Source of the DNA: an uncultured Rhabdochlamydiaceae bacterium
GTDB taxonomy: Bacteria; Chlamydiota; Chlamydiia; Chlamydiales; Rhabdochlamydiaceae
NCBI GenBank assembly: GCA_963712275.1
Contig: CAVQHD010000001.1
Span: forward strand, 800,001-864,000
Direction: 5' to 3'
Length of the DNA: 64,000 bases
Program-made: the position numbers and the translations under genes
Part shown: one piece after another, positions 1 to 10,273 of the stretch
Numbering within the stretch: position 1 is the first letter of the stretch
How the letters are laid out: every line of letters begins with the position of its first letter
Notes under the pieces: generated by a model
The model's database searches: none
What the model saw: only the letters and a program-made list of their open reading frames with translations
Told to the model about the DNA's origin: nothing

Positions 1-138
1 CGCTTTTATGATAACAGCTGCGTCATTTTAGATGATAAGGGCAGCCCTCGCGGGACCCGCATTTTCGGTCCTGTCGCACGAGAAGTTCGCGAACAAGGAT
101 TTGTAAAGATTACATCCTTAGCGCCTGAGGTAATTTAA
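1..138 (+). CDS. rplN: 50S ribosomal protein L14, 3' part (truncated by window start)
   Basis: Frame 1 reads [45 protein letters not shown], the L14 C-terminus; directly precedes rplX. Confidence 0.97.
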   Translation, partial: RFYDNSCVILDDKGSPRGTRIFGPVAREVREQGFVKITSLAPEVI

Positions 139-139
139 C

Positions 140-466
140 ATGACACAATGGATTAAAAAAGGGGACAAAGTTCTCATTATCAGTGGAAATGATCGAGGTC
201 GAACAGGAACAATCCTGCGCCGCGATGGAGACCATGTTGTCATCCAAGGGATGAATATTCGGAAAAAACATGCGAAGCGGCAAGCTCGAGTTCAAACTCC
301 GAGCATTATCGAAATCGAAATGCCTATCCATGTCTCTAATATTTGCCTCTGCAATGATGAAGGGAAGCCCATTTGCTTAAAAGTAAAGCAGTTAAAAAAA
401 GAGAAAGAACTGGTCTATCACCAGGATGGTAAGGATACAGTCTTTCGAACTCTTAGAAAAAGTTAA
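140..466 (+). CDS. rplX: 50S ribosomal protein L24
   Basis: IKKGDKVLIISGNDRG KOW motif, EMPIHVSN; operon position. Confidence 0.97.
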   Translation: MTQWIKKGDKVLIISGNDRGRTGTILRRDGDHVVIQGMNIRKKHAKRQARVQTPSIIEIEMPIHVSNICLCNDEGKPICLKVKQLKKEKELVYHQDGKDTVFRTLRKS

Positions 467-480
467 ACGGATCATAAGAA

Positions 481-1029
481 ATGTCTAGATTGCTCAAACA
501 CTATAACGAGGAAGTCAGACCCGCTCTCAAAGAGAAGTTTGGGTATTCCAACTCAATGTTGATTCCTTCTTTGAAGAAGATTGTCATTACCATGGGTCTT
601 GCGGAAGCATCGAAAGATAAAAATGCAGTCCAAGATTGCCAAAAACAGCTAATGATGCTTTCCGGCCAAAAACCAATCTTTACAAAGACGAAGAAAGCCA
701 TTGCGAACTTTAAGTCGCGCAAAGGACAAGTGATTGGTTTAAAAGTAACGCTTCGTCGGCGTCGAATGTTTGATTTCCTCGACCGGTTTTGTAACATTGT
801 TACGCCTCGTATTAAAGACTTTCGAGGTTTCCCACCCAAATGCGATGGACGTGGATCTTACTCTGTTGGGCTCTCCGATCAGCAAGTCTTCCCTGAGATC
901 AATCTGGATGAGGTTAAACGGACGCAAGGGATGATTATTACCCTTGTGACATCAGCTAAAACCGATGACGAGTGTCGTGAGCTGCTTCGCGAACTCGGAT
1001 TCCCATTTATTAAGACGGAAGGAAAATAA
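481..1029 (+). CDS. rplE: 50S ribosomal protein L5
   Basis: [40 protein letters not shown] motifs. Confidence 0.98.
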   Translation: MSRLLKHYNEEVRPALKEKFGYSNSMLIPSLKKIVITMGLAEASKDKNAVQDCQKQLMMLSGQKPIFTKTKKAIANFKSRKGQVIGLKVTLRRRRMFDFLDRFCNIVTPRIKDFRGFPPKCDGRGSYSVGLSDQQVFPEINLDEVKRTQGMIITLVTSAKTDDECRELLRELGFPFIKTEGK

Positions 1030-1033
1030 CTCT

Positions 1034-1423
1034 ATGTCACAACAAGACCCCATTGCTAGTATGCTGACTTCTCTTAGAAATGCAGCAACTGCTCATAGCC
1101 GTTTTGTCGATCTTGATCTCAGCTACCTAAAACATGAAATTCTAAAAATTCTTGAAAGACAAGGGTTTGTTGAACATATTTTAGTTGATGATCAGAAAAA
1201 GAAAATGCGAGTCTTTCTCAAGTATGACGGGCGAGAGCCTCTCATGCAAGGGTTGAAGCGCATTTCAAAACCGAGCCTCCGTAAATATATTGGGCGAGAT
1301 GAGATCCCAAGAATTATAGGAGGACTTGGAACCGCTATCCTCTCCACATCGAGGGGGATTTTAGATGGTGAAACGGCCCGAGAAAAAGGGGTCGGTGGCG
1401 AACTACTCTGTTACGTATGGTGA
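1034..1423 (+). CDS. rpsH: 30S ribosomal protein S8 (start moved to MSQQDP)
   Basis: DPIASMLTSLRNA, RISKPSLRKY, GVGGELLCYVW. Confidence 0.97.
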   Translation: MSQQDPIASMLTSLRNAATAHSRFVDLDLSYLKHEILKILERQGFVEHILVDDQKKKMRVFLKYDGREPLMQGLKRISKPSLRKYIGRDEIPRIIGGLGTAILSTSRGILDGETAREKGVGGELLCYVW

Positions 1424-1434
1424 GGTAAATAAAG

Positions 1435-1989
1435 ATGTCACGTTTTGGAAAAATTCCAGTTCCGATTCCTTCCGGAGTTGAAGTGAAGCTTGAGGGGCGC
1501 AAGTTCCATGTCAAAGGACCCAAAGGAACGCTCTCTTCAGAACTTCCTGTTGGATTGATTCTTAAAATGGAAGAGGGAAAAGCGCTTGTGGTGAAAGAAG
1601 AAGGATCAGGTTTAACAAGTGCAATGTATGGACTTCACCGTTCCTTGTTCAACAATATGGTTCAAGGGGTTTCAAAAGGATTTGAAATTAAACTTGCCAT
1701 GGTTGGCGTTGGATACCGGGCAGCTCTCGAAGGGCATCACTTGAATTTGCAGGTCGGCCAGTCTCATCCTATAAAAATTTCCATTCCTAAGGGCGTTGTG
1801 GTAACAATCGATAAAAATGGAGTCATTAGCATTACAGGAATTGATAAACATCTCATCGGTCAGTTTGCAGCGAGTGTGCGTGCTGTTAAGCCCCCAGAAC
1901 CTTATAAAGGGAAGGGGATCCGATATGAAAAAGAATATGTACGTAAGAAAGCTGGAAAAGCAGCTAAAGCTAAAACGGCTGCAGGATAA
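1435..1989 (+). CDS. rplF: 50S ribosomal protein L6
   Basis: MSRFGKIPV, VKGPKG, GVGYRA, PPEPYKGKGIRY. Confidence 0.98.
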   Translation: MSRFGKIPVPIPSGVEVKLEGRKFHVKGPKGTLSSELPVGLILKMEEGKALVVKEEGSGLTSAMYGLHRSLFNNMVQGVSKGFEIKLAMVGVGYRAALEGHHLNLQVGQSHPIKISIPKGVVVTIDKNGVISITGIDKHLIGQFAASVRAVKPPEPYKGKGIRYEKEYVRKKAGKAAKAKTAAG

Positions 1990-1994
1990 TACCC

Positions 1995-2363
1995 ATGGAA
2001 AGTCATCTCATTCAAAGAAATCGGAAACGTTTTAAAAGAGCAGCCTCAGTCCGGAAATATATCCGAGGCTCTGCTGAGAAGCCTCGTCTCTCTGTGATGA
2101 AGTCGAATCAGCATATTGCAGCTCAAATCATCGATGATGAAGCAGGAACTACACTTGTTTCTGCTGCCACTCTCATGAAAAAATTTCGAGCGAAGAAACT
2201 TGGCAATAATAAAGAAGCAGCGCGGCTCATTGGCACAGAGCTTGCCGAGCGCGCAAAAGAAAAAAACATTACAACTGTTGTTTTTGACCGTGGGTTTCAT
2301 AAGTACCATGGAGTCATTGCAGAGCTTGCTAACGCGGCTCGCGAAGCAGGATTAAAATTTTAG
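1995..2363 (+). CDS. rplR: 50S ribosomal protein L18
   Basis: PRLSV.KSNQHI.AQIIDD, VVFDRG..KYHG, AREAGLKF. Confidence 0.98.
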   Translation: MESHLIQRNRKRFKRAASVRKYIRGSAEKPRLSVMKSNQHIAAQIIDDEAGTTLVSAATLMKKFRAKKLGNNKEAARLIGTELAERAKEKNITTVVFDRGFHKYHGVIAELANAAREAGLKF

Positions 2364-2371
2364 TGGACTTA

Positions 2372-2408
2372 GAGGCTGTTTACGGAATCTGAACTCGTAA
2401 ACAGTCTC
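2372..2408. repeat. 37-bp palindromic mini-element between rplR and rpsE, flanked by a TTA direct repeat
   Basis: GAGGCTGTTTACG (2372-2384) and CGTAAACAGTCTC (2396-2408) form a 12/13 inverted repeat; TTA at 2369-2371 and 2409-2411. Confidence 0.6.
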
Positions 2409-2424
2409 TTAAAAAAAGGGAAGC

Positions 2425-2925
2425 ATGAGTACAAAAAACAAACGGCATCGACAGGAAGATTTCAATACCGAGTTTCAAGAAAAGGTCCTTTATATCAACC
2501 GGTGCTCTAAGGTCGTCAAAGGAGGGCGAAAATTCAGTTTTTCAGCCTTGATTATCGTTGGCGATGGCCAAGGGCATGTGGGGCTTGGTTTTGCAAAAGC
2601 CAATGAAGTTTCTGATGCGATTCGAAAGGGAGGAGAAGCTGCTCGAAAAAATATTCTTACTTTTGAGCTGGAAGGAACCACGATTCCGCATGAGATCACA
2701 GTTGACTGGGATGGATCGACAGTTTTTCTTAAGCCTGCTGTAGAAGGGACTGGGGTTGTTGCTGGTTCAAAAGTGCGAGATATCTTAGAGATTGGAGGCG
2801 TCAAAGATGTCATTGCTAAAATTCGGGGCTCTAACAACCCCTTAAATCAGGTTCAGGCTATTTTAAAAGCTCTGACACTTCTTAAAAATCGTCAAAAAAC
2901 ACTCAATGCGCGAGGCCTTGTATGA
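2425..2925 (+). CDS. rpsE: 30S ribosomal protein S5
   Basis: INRCSKVVKGGRKFSFSALIIVGDG, GKANEV-like motif, LKPA.EGTGVVAG. Confidence 0.98.
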   Translation: MSTKNKRHRQEDFNTEFQEKVLYINRCSKVVKGGRKFSFSALIIVGDGQGHVGLGFAKANEVSDAIRKGGEAARKNILTFELEGTTIPHEITVDWDGSTVFLKPAVEGTGVVAGSKVRDILEIGGVKDVIAKIRGSNNPLNQVQAILKALTLLKNRQKTLNARGLV

Positions 2926-3401
2926 CCTTAACCCGTACTTCATTGGCTCAACTAACTAACACACACCGCCCTCGCAAGAAAGTGCAGCGAGTAGGTCGTG
3001 GGCTAGGCTCCAAGCGCGGGAAAACATCGTGCCGTGGAGTGAAGGGGAATAAAGCACGCCGTGGATATAAGAATCGATATGGACATGAGGGGGGACAGCT
3101 GCCTCTCTATCGAAAGCTTCCAACGAAAGGGTTTCCTCATGGGCGGTTTAAAAGTGATGTTTATGCAGTCAATCTCGGCATTTTAAATCAATTATTTAAA
3201 GATGGAGATGTCATTAATCTGAGCACGCTCCGAAAACGAGGTTATGCTCCTCGCACAGCTGCTGGAGGACTCAAAATCTTAGCTCAAGGAGAGCTCAAGA
3301 AAAAAGTTTCTTTAGAAGCACACGCTTTTTCCAAAGGTGCGATTGAAAAACTCGAAAAAGCAAAAATTCCATTTACAATTCTTACAAAAACACCTTCTTA
3401 A
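2922..3401 (+). CDS. rplO: 50S ribosomal protein L15
   Basis: RVGRGLGSKRGKT, EGGQLPLYRKLP, KILAQGEL. Confidence 0.97.
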   Translation: MTLTRTSLAQLTNTHRPRKKVQRVGRGLGSKRGKTSCRGVKGNKARRGYKNRYGHEGGQLPLYRKLPTKGFPHGRFKSDVYAVNLGILNQLFKDGDVINLSTLRKRGYAPRTAAGGLKILAQGELKKKVSLEAHAFSKGAIEKLEKAKIPFTILTKTPS

Positions 3402-3409
3402 GACAGCAC

Positions 3410-4780
3410 ATGTTTGAATCTATTCGGCGCATTTTTTCAATTCCTGAGTTAAAAACAAAAGTTATCTTTACGTTGATGATGCTCATGGTTTGCCGAATAG
3501 GAGCACATATTCCTGTTCCAGGAATTAATGGAGAATTAGCTGTTCGAGTTTTCCATTTTGCTACAGGTGGAAGCCAAAACCTCTTCCAGCTCATGGATGT
3601 CTTTTCTGGCGGTGCATTTGCCCATATGACCATCATTGCTTTGGGAGTCATGCCGTACATCTCAGCATCGATTATTATGCAACTCCTGATGGCGCTTGTT
3701 CCATCACTCCAAAGAGAGATTAAAGAAAGCCCTGATCAAGGGCGTCGAAAAATGGGCCGGTGGATTCGTGTGCTCACCGTGGGCCTTGCATTTTTTCAAT
3801 CAGGCCTATTTGCAAAATATGCTGTCCAATTAAATACAAGCACCCCAGGAATTATCGTCGCGAACCTTTTGGATTTTCAAATTTTTGGGCTGCCTTGGCT
3901 ATTTTATCTCCTGGTGATGTCAACGATGACAGTCGGAACAATGCTCCTGATGTGGATTGGAGAGCAAATCTCTGAAAAAGGGGTTGGAAACGGAATGAGT
4001 TTAATCATTACCTTGGGAATTCTCTCCTCTCTTCCAAGCACCTTGGGGTCGATTATCCGTCAGCTGAATCTCGACTCGCAAGAGCCGGGCCAACTTTCGT
4101 TTTCTTCACTCATGATTTTGCTCCTTGTCTTTGTTTTAATTATCGTTGGAACCATTTTAGTCATTCAAGGACAGCGAAGAGTCCCGCTTCAATATGCTCG
4201 TAAGACGATTGGTAAGCAAGAAAGCGGAGGGGGAACCGCTTATATTCCTTTAAAAATTAACTATGCAGGAGTGATTCCAGTCATTTTTGCCTCTTCTTTC
4301 TTGATGCTTCCAGCAACGGTTGTTCAATTTATTGGACGTGGAAACAAGCTTGGGCATATTGCGACACTTTTATCTCCTGGCTCCTGGCTTCATACCATGC
4401 TCTATGTGATGTTAATTATATTTTTCACTTACTTTTGGACCGCCACGCAGTTTCATCCGGAGCAAATTGCGTCTGATATGAAAAAGAACGGCGCTTTTAT
4501 TCCGGGAGTTCGGCAAGGGAAGCCTACTCAAGATTTTTTTGAATCGACCATGAATCGGATCACCTGTATTGGAGCTGTTTTTTTAGCATTTATTGCAATT
4601 CTCCCGACCCTTGTCAGTCGTATTTTAGGAGTCGATGCGACGATTAGCCATTTTTTTGGAGGAACTTCCCTTTTAATCTTAGTGGGCGTTGTCTTGGATA
4701 CAACCAAGCAAATTGAGTCCCACCTCCTCATGAAGAAGTATGATGGCTTTATGCGAAGGTCTCGGGCCCACGGAGGATAG
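3410..4780 (+). CDS. secY: Preprotein translocase subunit SecY
   Basis: ALGVMPYISASIIMQLL, GVGNGMSLII, IPLKINYAGVIPVIFA, IPGVRQG, GGTSLLILVGV. Confidence 0.99.
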   Translation: MFESIRRIFSIPELKTKVIFTLMMLMVCRIGAHIPVPGINGELAVRVFHFATGGSQNLFQLMDVFSGGAFAHMTIIALGVMPYISASIIMQLLMALVPSLQREIKESPDQGRRKMGRWIRVLTVGLAFFQSGLFAKYAVQLNTSTPGIIVANLLDFQIFGLPWLFYLLVMSTMTVGTMLLMWIGEQISEKGVGNGMSLIITLGILSSLPSTLGSIIRQLNLDSQEPGQLSFSSLMILLLVFVLIIVGTILVIQGQRRVPLQYARKTIGKQESGGGTAYIPLKINYAGVIPVIFASSFLMLPATVVQFIGRGNKLGHIATLLSPGSWLHTMLYVMLIIFFTYFWTATQFHPEQIASDMKKNGAFIPGVRQGKPTQDFFESTMNRITCIGAVFLAFIAILPTLVSRILGVDATISHFFGGTSLLILVGVVLDTTKQIESHLLMKKYDGFMRRSRAHGG

Positions 4781-4799
4781 GTTAGGGGATAGATTGACA

Positions 4800-4869
4800 G
4801 TGTGACCGATATAATGGTAAGAACGATAAAATTTTTTCAAAATCGTTCTTACCATTATATCGTTCACAC
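4800..4869. repeat. 28-bp inverted repeat (27/28 match, 14-nt loop) in the secY-rpsM spacer
   Basis: GTGTGACCGATATAATGGTAAGAACGAT (4800-4827) vs ATCGTTCTTACCATTATATCGTTCACAC (4842-4869). Confidence 0.85.
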
Positions 4870-4979
4870 CGTTTAAAAAACACTTTTAATGCTTGGTTAT
4901 CTGAGGGAGAAAAACTGGCTCTTGAAAATAAAGCAAGTTGGTTGTTAAACTAAACAGATCTAAAAAAGGATTTTTACAC

Positions 4980-5348
4980 ATGCCACGCATTGTTGGGATT
5001 GACGTTCCTGGTAATAAACGACTTGAGGTTGCACTGACCTATATCTACGGAATTGGTCGCAAGCTTTCAAATCAAATCATTGCGAAGTTAGGGATGAACC
5101 CTAATATGCGCGCTCAGCAACTATCCCAGGATGATATCGCTCGAATTAACGCTCTTCTTCAGTCAGGGTATATTGTTGAAGGAGACCTTCGTCGCCAAAT
5201 TCAAGGTAATATTAAACGACTTATTAATATTCATTGCTATCGAGGCGCGCGCCACCGCCTAGGGCTGCCTGTTCGAGGTCAACGCACACGGACAAATTCA
5301 AGAACTCGAAAAGGGAAAAGAAAAACTGTAGCTAACAAGAAGAAATAA
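4980..5348 (+). CDS. rpsM: 30S ribosomal protein S13 (start moved to MPRIVG)
   Basis: [47 protein letters not shown] upstream of ATG 4980. Confidence 0.98.
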   Translation: MPRIVGIDVPGNKRLEVALTYIYGIGRKLSNQIIAKLGMNPNMRAQQLSQDDIARINALLQSGYIVEGDLRRQIQGNIKRLINIHCYRGARHRLGLPVRGQRTRTNSRTRKGKRKTVANKKK

Positions 5349-5350
5349 CA

Positions 5351-5779
5351 ATGAAAGAAACATCCGATTCCTCAGGTAAGACAGAAATTAAAAAACCTGC
5401 TGTGAAAGCTCGTAAGAAAGTACAACGAACTGTTCCAGCTGGAATTGCTTGTGTAAAAACAACATTTAACAATACGATTATCACCGTTACAGACCTTGCT
5501 GGAAATGTGATTGCATGGGCTTCCGCTGGTAAAGTAAACTACAAAGGTTCTCTTAAGTCCTCGGCATTTGCCGCGACTGTCGCTGCTCGAGAGGTAGCGA
5601 AAGCGGCAAGGGCAGACGTCGGGATGACAGAAATTGAAGTCTATCTTAAGGGTGCAGGTGCTGGACGGGAATCTGCAGTCAGAGGACTCTTAAGTGGAGG
5701 ACTCAATGTTACTACTATCACCGATGTGACTCCAATACCTCATAACGGCTGTAAACCTCGTAAACGACGTCGCGTCTAA
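5351..5779 (+). CDS. rpsK: 30S ribosomal protein S11
   Basis: TTFNNTIITVTD, GAGAGRESA, DVTPIPHNGCKP. Confidence 0.98.
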   Translation: MKETSDSSGKTEIKKPAVKARKKVQRTVPAGIACVKTTFNNTIITVTDLAGNVIAWASAGKVNYKGSLKSSAFAATVAAREVAKAARADVGMTEIEVYLKGAGAGRESAVRGLLSGGLNVTTITDVTPIPHNGCKPRKRRRV

Positions 5780-5796
5780 AACTTCAGGAGAAGATC

Positions 5797-6897
5797 ATGA
5801 CAGTAAAATATGGAAAATTTGAGCTTCCGACGAAGATTAAAAAAGATGAATCGGCACGCCAAATAAATCATTGCCGATTTATCGCGGAGCCCTTTGAAAG
5901 AGGCTTTGGACATACCGTTGGAAATGCACTGAGGAGAATTCTTTTAACTTCAATGGAAGCTCCTGCGATTTTATCAATTTGCATTGAAGGCGTCCTTCAT
6001 GAATATACAGCAATTGAAGGGATCATTGAGGACATGACGCATATTGTACTCAACTTTAAATTAGCGCTTTTGCGAAAACTTCCGACAGAAGAGCAACATA
6101 TTTCTCGTGAACCGCGCGTCATTTCAAAGACAATCGATATTACAGATCACATGTTAGACAAACGAGGTGGGCATTATGTTGTTACACTTAAAGATTTAAT
6201 GGGAGATACAGATTTTGATGTTGTCAACCCGGATCTTCCCCTCTTTACAGTCACAAAGCCTTTGACTAAAAAGATCGATCTGAAAATTGGTTTTGGACGA
6301 GGATATGTTCCTTCGGAGAGACATGCGATAAAAGAAAAGCGGATTGATGAAATCATTCTTGATACTGCTTTTTCACCGGTTCGCTTAGTGAATTACTTTG
6401 TCGAAAACACACGTGTGGGGCAAGACACCGACTTTGACCGTTTAATTTTAGATGTCACAACAGATGGACGTCTTTCTCCGGAAGAAGCGCTCTCTTTTGC
6501 AACTCAAATCGGGATCTTGCATTTTGAAGTGTTTGAAGAGCTCAAGCAACATAGCATTACGTTTGCTTCCGACGCCGTAGAAGTGAATACAGATCGGGAT
6601 GAATTGATTGCAAAACTTGCTCTTAAAATCGATGAAATCGAACTCTCTGTTCGGTCTAAGAATTGCCTTGATGGCGCTAAAATTGAAACCATTGGGGAGC
6701 TTGTCACAACGCCTGAATCGGAAATGCTCAAATATCGAAACTTTGGGAAAAAGTCTCTCAATGAAATCAAAGAGAAACTTGCACAAAGAGGCCTTTCTCT
6801 AGAAATGGACCTTTCTCAATTTGACATTACACGCGATAACATCAAAGAACTGATTACCAATTATCTTGCGCAAAAAGGAGCTGGCGAAACTGAATGA
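5797..6897 (+). CDS. rpoA: DNA-directed RNA polymerase subunit alpha
   Basis: [56 protein letters not shown]. Confidence 0.99.
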   Translation: MTVKYGKFELPTKIKKDESARQINHCRFIAEPFERGFGHTVGNALRRILLTSMEAPAILSICIEGVLHEYTAIEGIIEDMTHIVLNFKLALLRKLPTEEQHISREPRVISKTIDITDHMLDKRGGHYVVTLKDLMGDTDFDVVNPDLPLFTVTKPLTKKIDLKIGFGRGYVPSERHAIKEKRIDEIILDTAFSPVRLVNYFVENTRVGQDTDFDRLILDVTTDGRLSPEEALSFATQIGILHFEVFEELKQHSITFASDAVEVNTDRDELIAKLALKIDEIELSVRSKNCLDGAKIETIGELVTTPESEMLKYRNFGKKSLNEIKEKLAQRGLSLEMDLSQFDITRDNIKELITNYLAQKGAGETE

Positions 6898-7325
6898 GAC
6901 ATGCAAAACACACCTTTAAAATTGGGCGCACGTCTTCTCACCGTCGATGCATGCTAGCCAATATGCTCAAAGCCCTCATTTCGCATGAGCGCATTGAAAC
7001 AACTGTAACAAAAGCTAAAGAGCTCAGACGGCATGCAGATCGGATGATCACTCTTGGTAAGAAAAAAACCTTAGCAAGCCGTAGACAAGCGATTGCTGAT
7101 TTAATGATCACCTATAACCCGCTCTCCTCAAAAGAAGCACGGATTGCTAAAGGTGGCAAAACAGCCTATGTCTATAATAATGATCGGCAAGTGATCGGAA
7201 AGCTCTTTGGAGAGCTCTCTGAGAGGTTCTCTGCTCGTCAGGGAGGGTATACCCGCATCGTTCGCCTCGGTGAGCGAGCTGGAGATAATGCTCCAACTTG
7301 CATTATCGAATTCCTGCCCCAATAA
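6894..7325 (+). CDS. rplQ: 50S ribosomal protein L17
   Basis: MRH...[33 protein letters not shown]. Confidence 0.98.
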   Translation: MRHAKHTFKIGRTSSHRRCMLANMLKALISHERIETTVTKAKELRRHADRMITLGKKKTLASRRQAIADLMITYNPLSSKEARIAKGGKTAYVYNNDRQVIGKLFGELSERFSARQGGYTRIVRLGERAGDNAPTCIIEFLPQ

Positions 7326-7352
7326 AGGAAATTCTTGAACTCATAGTAGGAC

Positions 7353-7381
7353 TTTACTCCCTTTTAAAAGTCGTATATGAT
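7353..7381 (+). promoter_or_regulatory. Candidate sigma70/sigma66-type promoter for gap
   Basis: TTTACT-N17-TATGAT about 40 bp upstream of the gap ATG. Confidence 0.35.
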
Positions 7382-7419
7382 GATCATAAAATCTCAGGGG
7401 CTAAAGAGGTTAAGCATTT

Positions 7420-8433
7420 ATGAGAATTGCGATCAACGGATTTGGGCGGATTGGGCGATTGGTCCTCAGGATTATTACCCAAAAAAAAAGTTCAAATCTT
7501 GAAGTTATTGCAATCAACGATCTTGTTCCCGCGGATAATTTAGCCTACCTCCTCAAATACGATACAGTTCATCGGCAAGCTCCTTTCCAAGTCAAAGCAG
7601 AAGGCTCCCATCTCATTGTCGATGGAAAGCAGATCCAGGTATTAGGAGAGAAAGACCCCTCGGTTCTTCCCTGGAAGACCTTGGGAATCGATTATGTGGT
7701 TGAATCAACAGGCCACTTTGCCACAGAGGAAGGAGCCGCTTGCCATCTCAAAGCAGGCGCTAAACGTGTGGTCATCACAGCGCCGGCCAAAGGAAACATT
7801 CCCACGCTTGTCATGGGAGTCAATCATGAGCGCTACAACCCTTCCAACGATAAAATTGTATCGAATGCTTCTTGCACAACGAATTGTCTTGCGGTTTTAA
7901 CGAAAGTCCTTTTAGACCACTTTGGCATTGAAGAAGGGCTCATGACAACCATTCACTCGCTCACCGCCTCGCAACCAACAGTCGATGGCCCCTCGAAAAA
8001 AGATTGGCGAGGAGGCCGTGCCGCAGGAGCAAATATTATTCCGTCATCCACAGGAGCCGCACTGGCTGTCGGGCTTTGCTTGCCCGAAGTCAAGGGAAAA
8101 CTCACTGGGATGGCTTTTCGTATTCCAACGGTAGACGTATCTGCCGTTGATTTAACTGTACGTCTCAAAAGAGACACAACCTATGAAGAGATCTGCACCG
8201 TCATGAAAAATGAAGCCAAAGGCCGTTACAAAGACGTTCTGGCCTATACGGAAGACGAAGTCGTCTCCTCTGATTTTATTGGGACTTCCCCTTCCTGTAT
8301 TTTTGATAGACGGGCAGGAATTGAGTTGAATAGACGCTTTTTTAAACTCATTGCGTGGTATGATAATGAGATGGGATATGCCCATCGGGTTGTGGATCTT
8401 TTGGAGTATATGAAAACAAAAGAAACCCAGTAA
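7420..8433 (+). CDS. gap: Type I glyceraldehyde-3-phosphate dehydrogenase
   Basis: INGFGRIGR, catalytic [33 protein letters not shown]. Confidence 0.99.
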   Translation: MRIAINGFGRIGRLVLRIITQKKSSNLEVIAINDLVPADNLAYLLKYDTVHRQAPFQVKAEGSHLIVDGKQIQVLGEKDPSVLPWKTLGIDYVVESTGHFATEEGAACHLKAGAKRVVITAPAKGNIPTLVMGVNHERYNPSNDKIVSNASCTTNCLAVLTKVLLDHFGIEEGLMTTIHSLTASQPTVDGPSKKDWRGGRAAGANIIPSSTGAALAVGLCLPEVKGKLTGMAFRIPTVDVSAVDLTVRLKRDTTYEEICTVMKNEAKGRYKDVLAYTEDEVVSSDFIGTSPSCIFDRRAGIELNRRFFKLIAWYDNEMGYAHRVVDLLEYMKTKETQ

Positions 8434-8450
8434 AAAAGAGGTTATATCCC

Positions 8451-9173
8451 GTGAACTTTACCCGCGAACCCATCATTGAAACTATCATTACACCTCGTGA
8501 AGGCTACAGGTTAATTGTCCGTAGCACAAAGCATGAGAATGAAGAAGAATTTGCCGTTGACGCTGTCGAGGTCGTCTCCTTTGGAAATGCCCTTTTTTAT
8601 CGCAGCTTGGAAAAGCCCAAGCCTTTTCTTCTCCCCATTGGAGATTATCAAGTTGTCGAAGGAAAGGAAGCTCGTATTGCGCTTAAAAACGCCCAATTTG
8701 ATCGCACCATCAAAATCGGAGGCGGCCGTGAAACCTCCTTTAAAAAAGAAGCAGAAGCAGTTGACGAACAGCTCCTTCCAAACTCTCTTGAAGAAGAGGC
8801 GACCGAAGAGAGTCCCGCCGCAGAAACAGGATCAGACCGTCATAAGCGTGACCGCCGTCGCAACCGCCGCCGCCGAGATCGAGAAGAGCAATACTCCAAA
8901 TCCCCCGTAGAATCCAAACCCGAAACCCCTGCAACACCCATCTTTGCTCACTTAATCCCTCCCCCGCCGACCCTCATCTCAAAATCGATCCAAAAGTATA
9001 AAGAGCAGCAGTCCCAAGAGGTCCCTCCGCAACCCGCTGAAGTTGCTCAAAAAGAGGCAACTCAAAAAGAAGGAGAAGGCGAGGCCAACACTATCAGTCG
9101 ATCATTAATCGAGCCCCCCGCCTTCACTCCCGGCCTTCCTTCCATGAACGAATGGAGCAATTTCTTATCTTGA
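8451..9173 (+). CDS. grgA: Chlamydia-specific transcription factor GrgA (CT504-like)
   Basis: N-terminus FTREPIIETIITPREGYRL...AVEVVSFG...FYRS.EKPKPFLLP resembles the GrgA N-terminus as I recall it; central Arg-rich basic patch; same rplQ-gap-grgA order as in Chlamydia. Confidence 0.85.
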   Translation: MNFTREPIIETIITPREGYRLIVRSTKHENEEEFAVDAVEVVSFGNALFYRSLEKPKPFLLPIGDYQVVEGKEARIALKNAQFDRTIKIGGGRETSFKKEAEAVDEQLLPNSLEEEATEESPAAETGSDRHKRDRRRNRRRRDREEQYSKSPVESKPETPATPIFAHLIPPPPTLISKSIQKYKEQQSQEVPPQPAEVAQKEATQKEGEGEANTISRSLIEPPAFTPGLPSMNEWSNFLS

Positions 9174-9244
9174 TGAGAAACCACACCGCTCAGTAGACTC
9201 TTATAACTCTAGAGGGGGCTTTCCCCTCTACCAAGGGTCTCTTT

Positions 9245-9328
<84 letters not shown>

Positions 9329-9397
9329 ACTCTCTATAGAAAATGACCTAAAAATCGATTAAAAATCAGGCTCAAAATCTGGTTGAATTCGGCGTTA

Positions 9398-9426
9398 ATG
9401 GCACACTCACGGCACACTTTGAGATG
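9398..9426 (+). promoter_or_regulatory. Putative integrase arm-type site pair, left end of element A
   Basis: ATGGCACACTCACGGCACACTTTGAGATG: YGGCACA twice at 11-bp spacing; 26/29 identical to 17265-17293. Confidence 0.7.
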
Positions 9427-9507
9427 TGAAATCTAGATAAACAAGGACGCGCTTGGATAAGAAAAGCCTCTTGTCTTATCATCTTATCACTAGTCTAGGA
9501 ATGGTGT

Positions 9508-10086
9508 ATGGCAAAGCATGTTTATCTAAATGGACCCTCAAGCTCGGGCAAAACCACTCTTGTTAAAGCTCTTCAAGAATCTTTTTCAGAGCCTTATCTT
9601 CATATTGGTATTGATAAACTGATAGGCTTCATGCCGGCGAAGCTCAATAATTGGACGGGTGGGTTTGCGCCGGAGGGGTTTTCTTGGGAACCAGCAGTTG
9701 ATCCAACGGGCCATCCGGTGTATCAGATTCATGCCGGCCCTTTTGCTCAGCGCATTACCCATACCCTAAGAAGTGTAGCGCAGTTGCTTGCCTCTCAGCA
9801 TTATAACATCATCATTGATGACCTAGCATTATGCGGTGCTATTGAAGTTGAAGAATGGCGCCAAACTCTCAAAAATTACTCAGTGCTGTATGTCGGTGTC
9901 ATTACTCCCTTGCATATTCTTGAAGAGCGTGAACGTTCCAGAGGTGATCGTTTTCTGGGCAGTGCTCGTGGGCAATATTTTAAAGTGCATGAAAATGTTG
10001 CTTACGACCTTGAAGTTGACACCTATACCCATTCTGTTGAAGACAATGTTGCAAAAATCAAAGCGGCCCTCTTAAAAAAATCATAA
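9508..10086 (+). CDS. Chloramphenicol phosphotransferase (CPT)-family P-loop kinase
   Basis: YLNGPSSSGKTTL Walker A, YLHIGID, NIIIDD, ERERSRGDR..GSA, YDLEVDT match the CPT family pattern; substrate unknown. Confidence 0.8.
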   Translation: MAKHVYLNGPSSSGKTTLVKALQESFSEPYLHIGIDKLIGFMPAKLNNWTGGFAPEGFSWEPAVDPTGHPVYQIHAGPFAQRITHTLRSVAQLLASQHYNIIIDDLALCGAIEVEEWRQTLKNYSVLYVGVITPLHILEERERSRGDRFLGSARGQYFKVHENVAYDLEVDTYTHSVEDNVAKIKAALLKKS

Positions 10087-10125
10087 CTACTTTTAGCTCT
10101 TCGGCCCCATGTATTTTTGCTTTGA

Positions 10126-10145
10126 ATGTGCCATTAGTGTGCCAT
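10126..10145 (-). promoter_or_regulatory. Inverted copy of the arm-type site pair upstream of the integrase
   Basis: Reverse complement reads ATGGCACACTAATGGCACAT (TGGCACA twice, 11-bp spacing). Confidence 0.65.
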
Positions 10146-10273
10146 CTATGCCCACGCTATACACAACACGTAGGACGTGAGCGTGTTATTTGCACTTCTC
10201 TATTGATAACTAATCCCCTGTTGAATTTTTATCTTCATTTATCGTAACATATCTTCTTTTGACAAGAGGACGA

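Noticed and set aside
1029..2925. Absence of rpsN and rpmD from the spc operon, and of adk/map/infA/rpmJ after secY and rpsD after rpsK
   Set aside because: Matches the usual Chlamydiota arrangement; not novel.
4794..4815. Perfect TTGACA and TATAAT as a promoter
   Set aside because: The spacer is only 10 bp.
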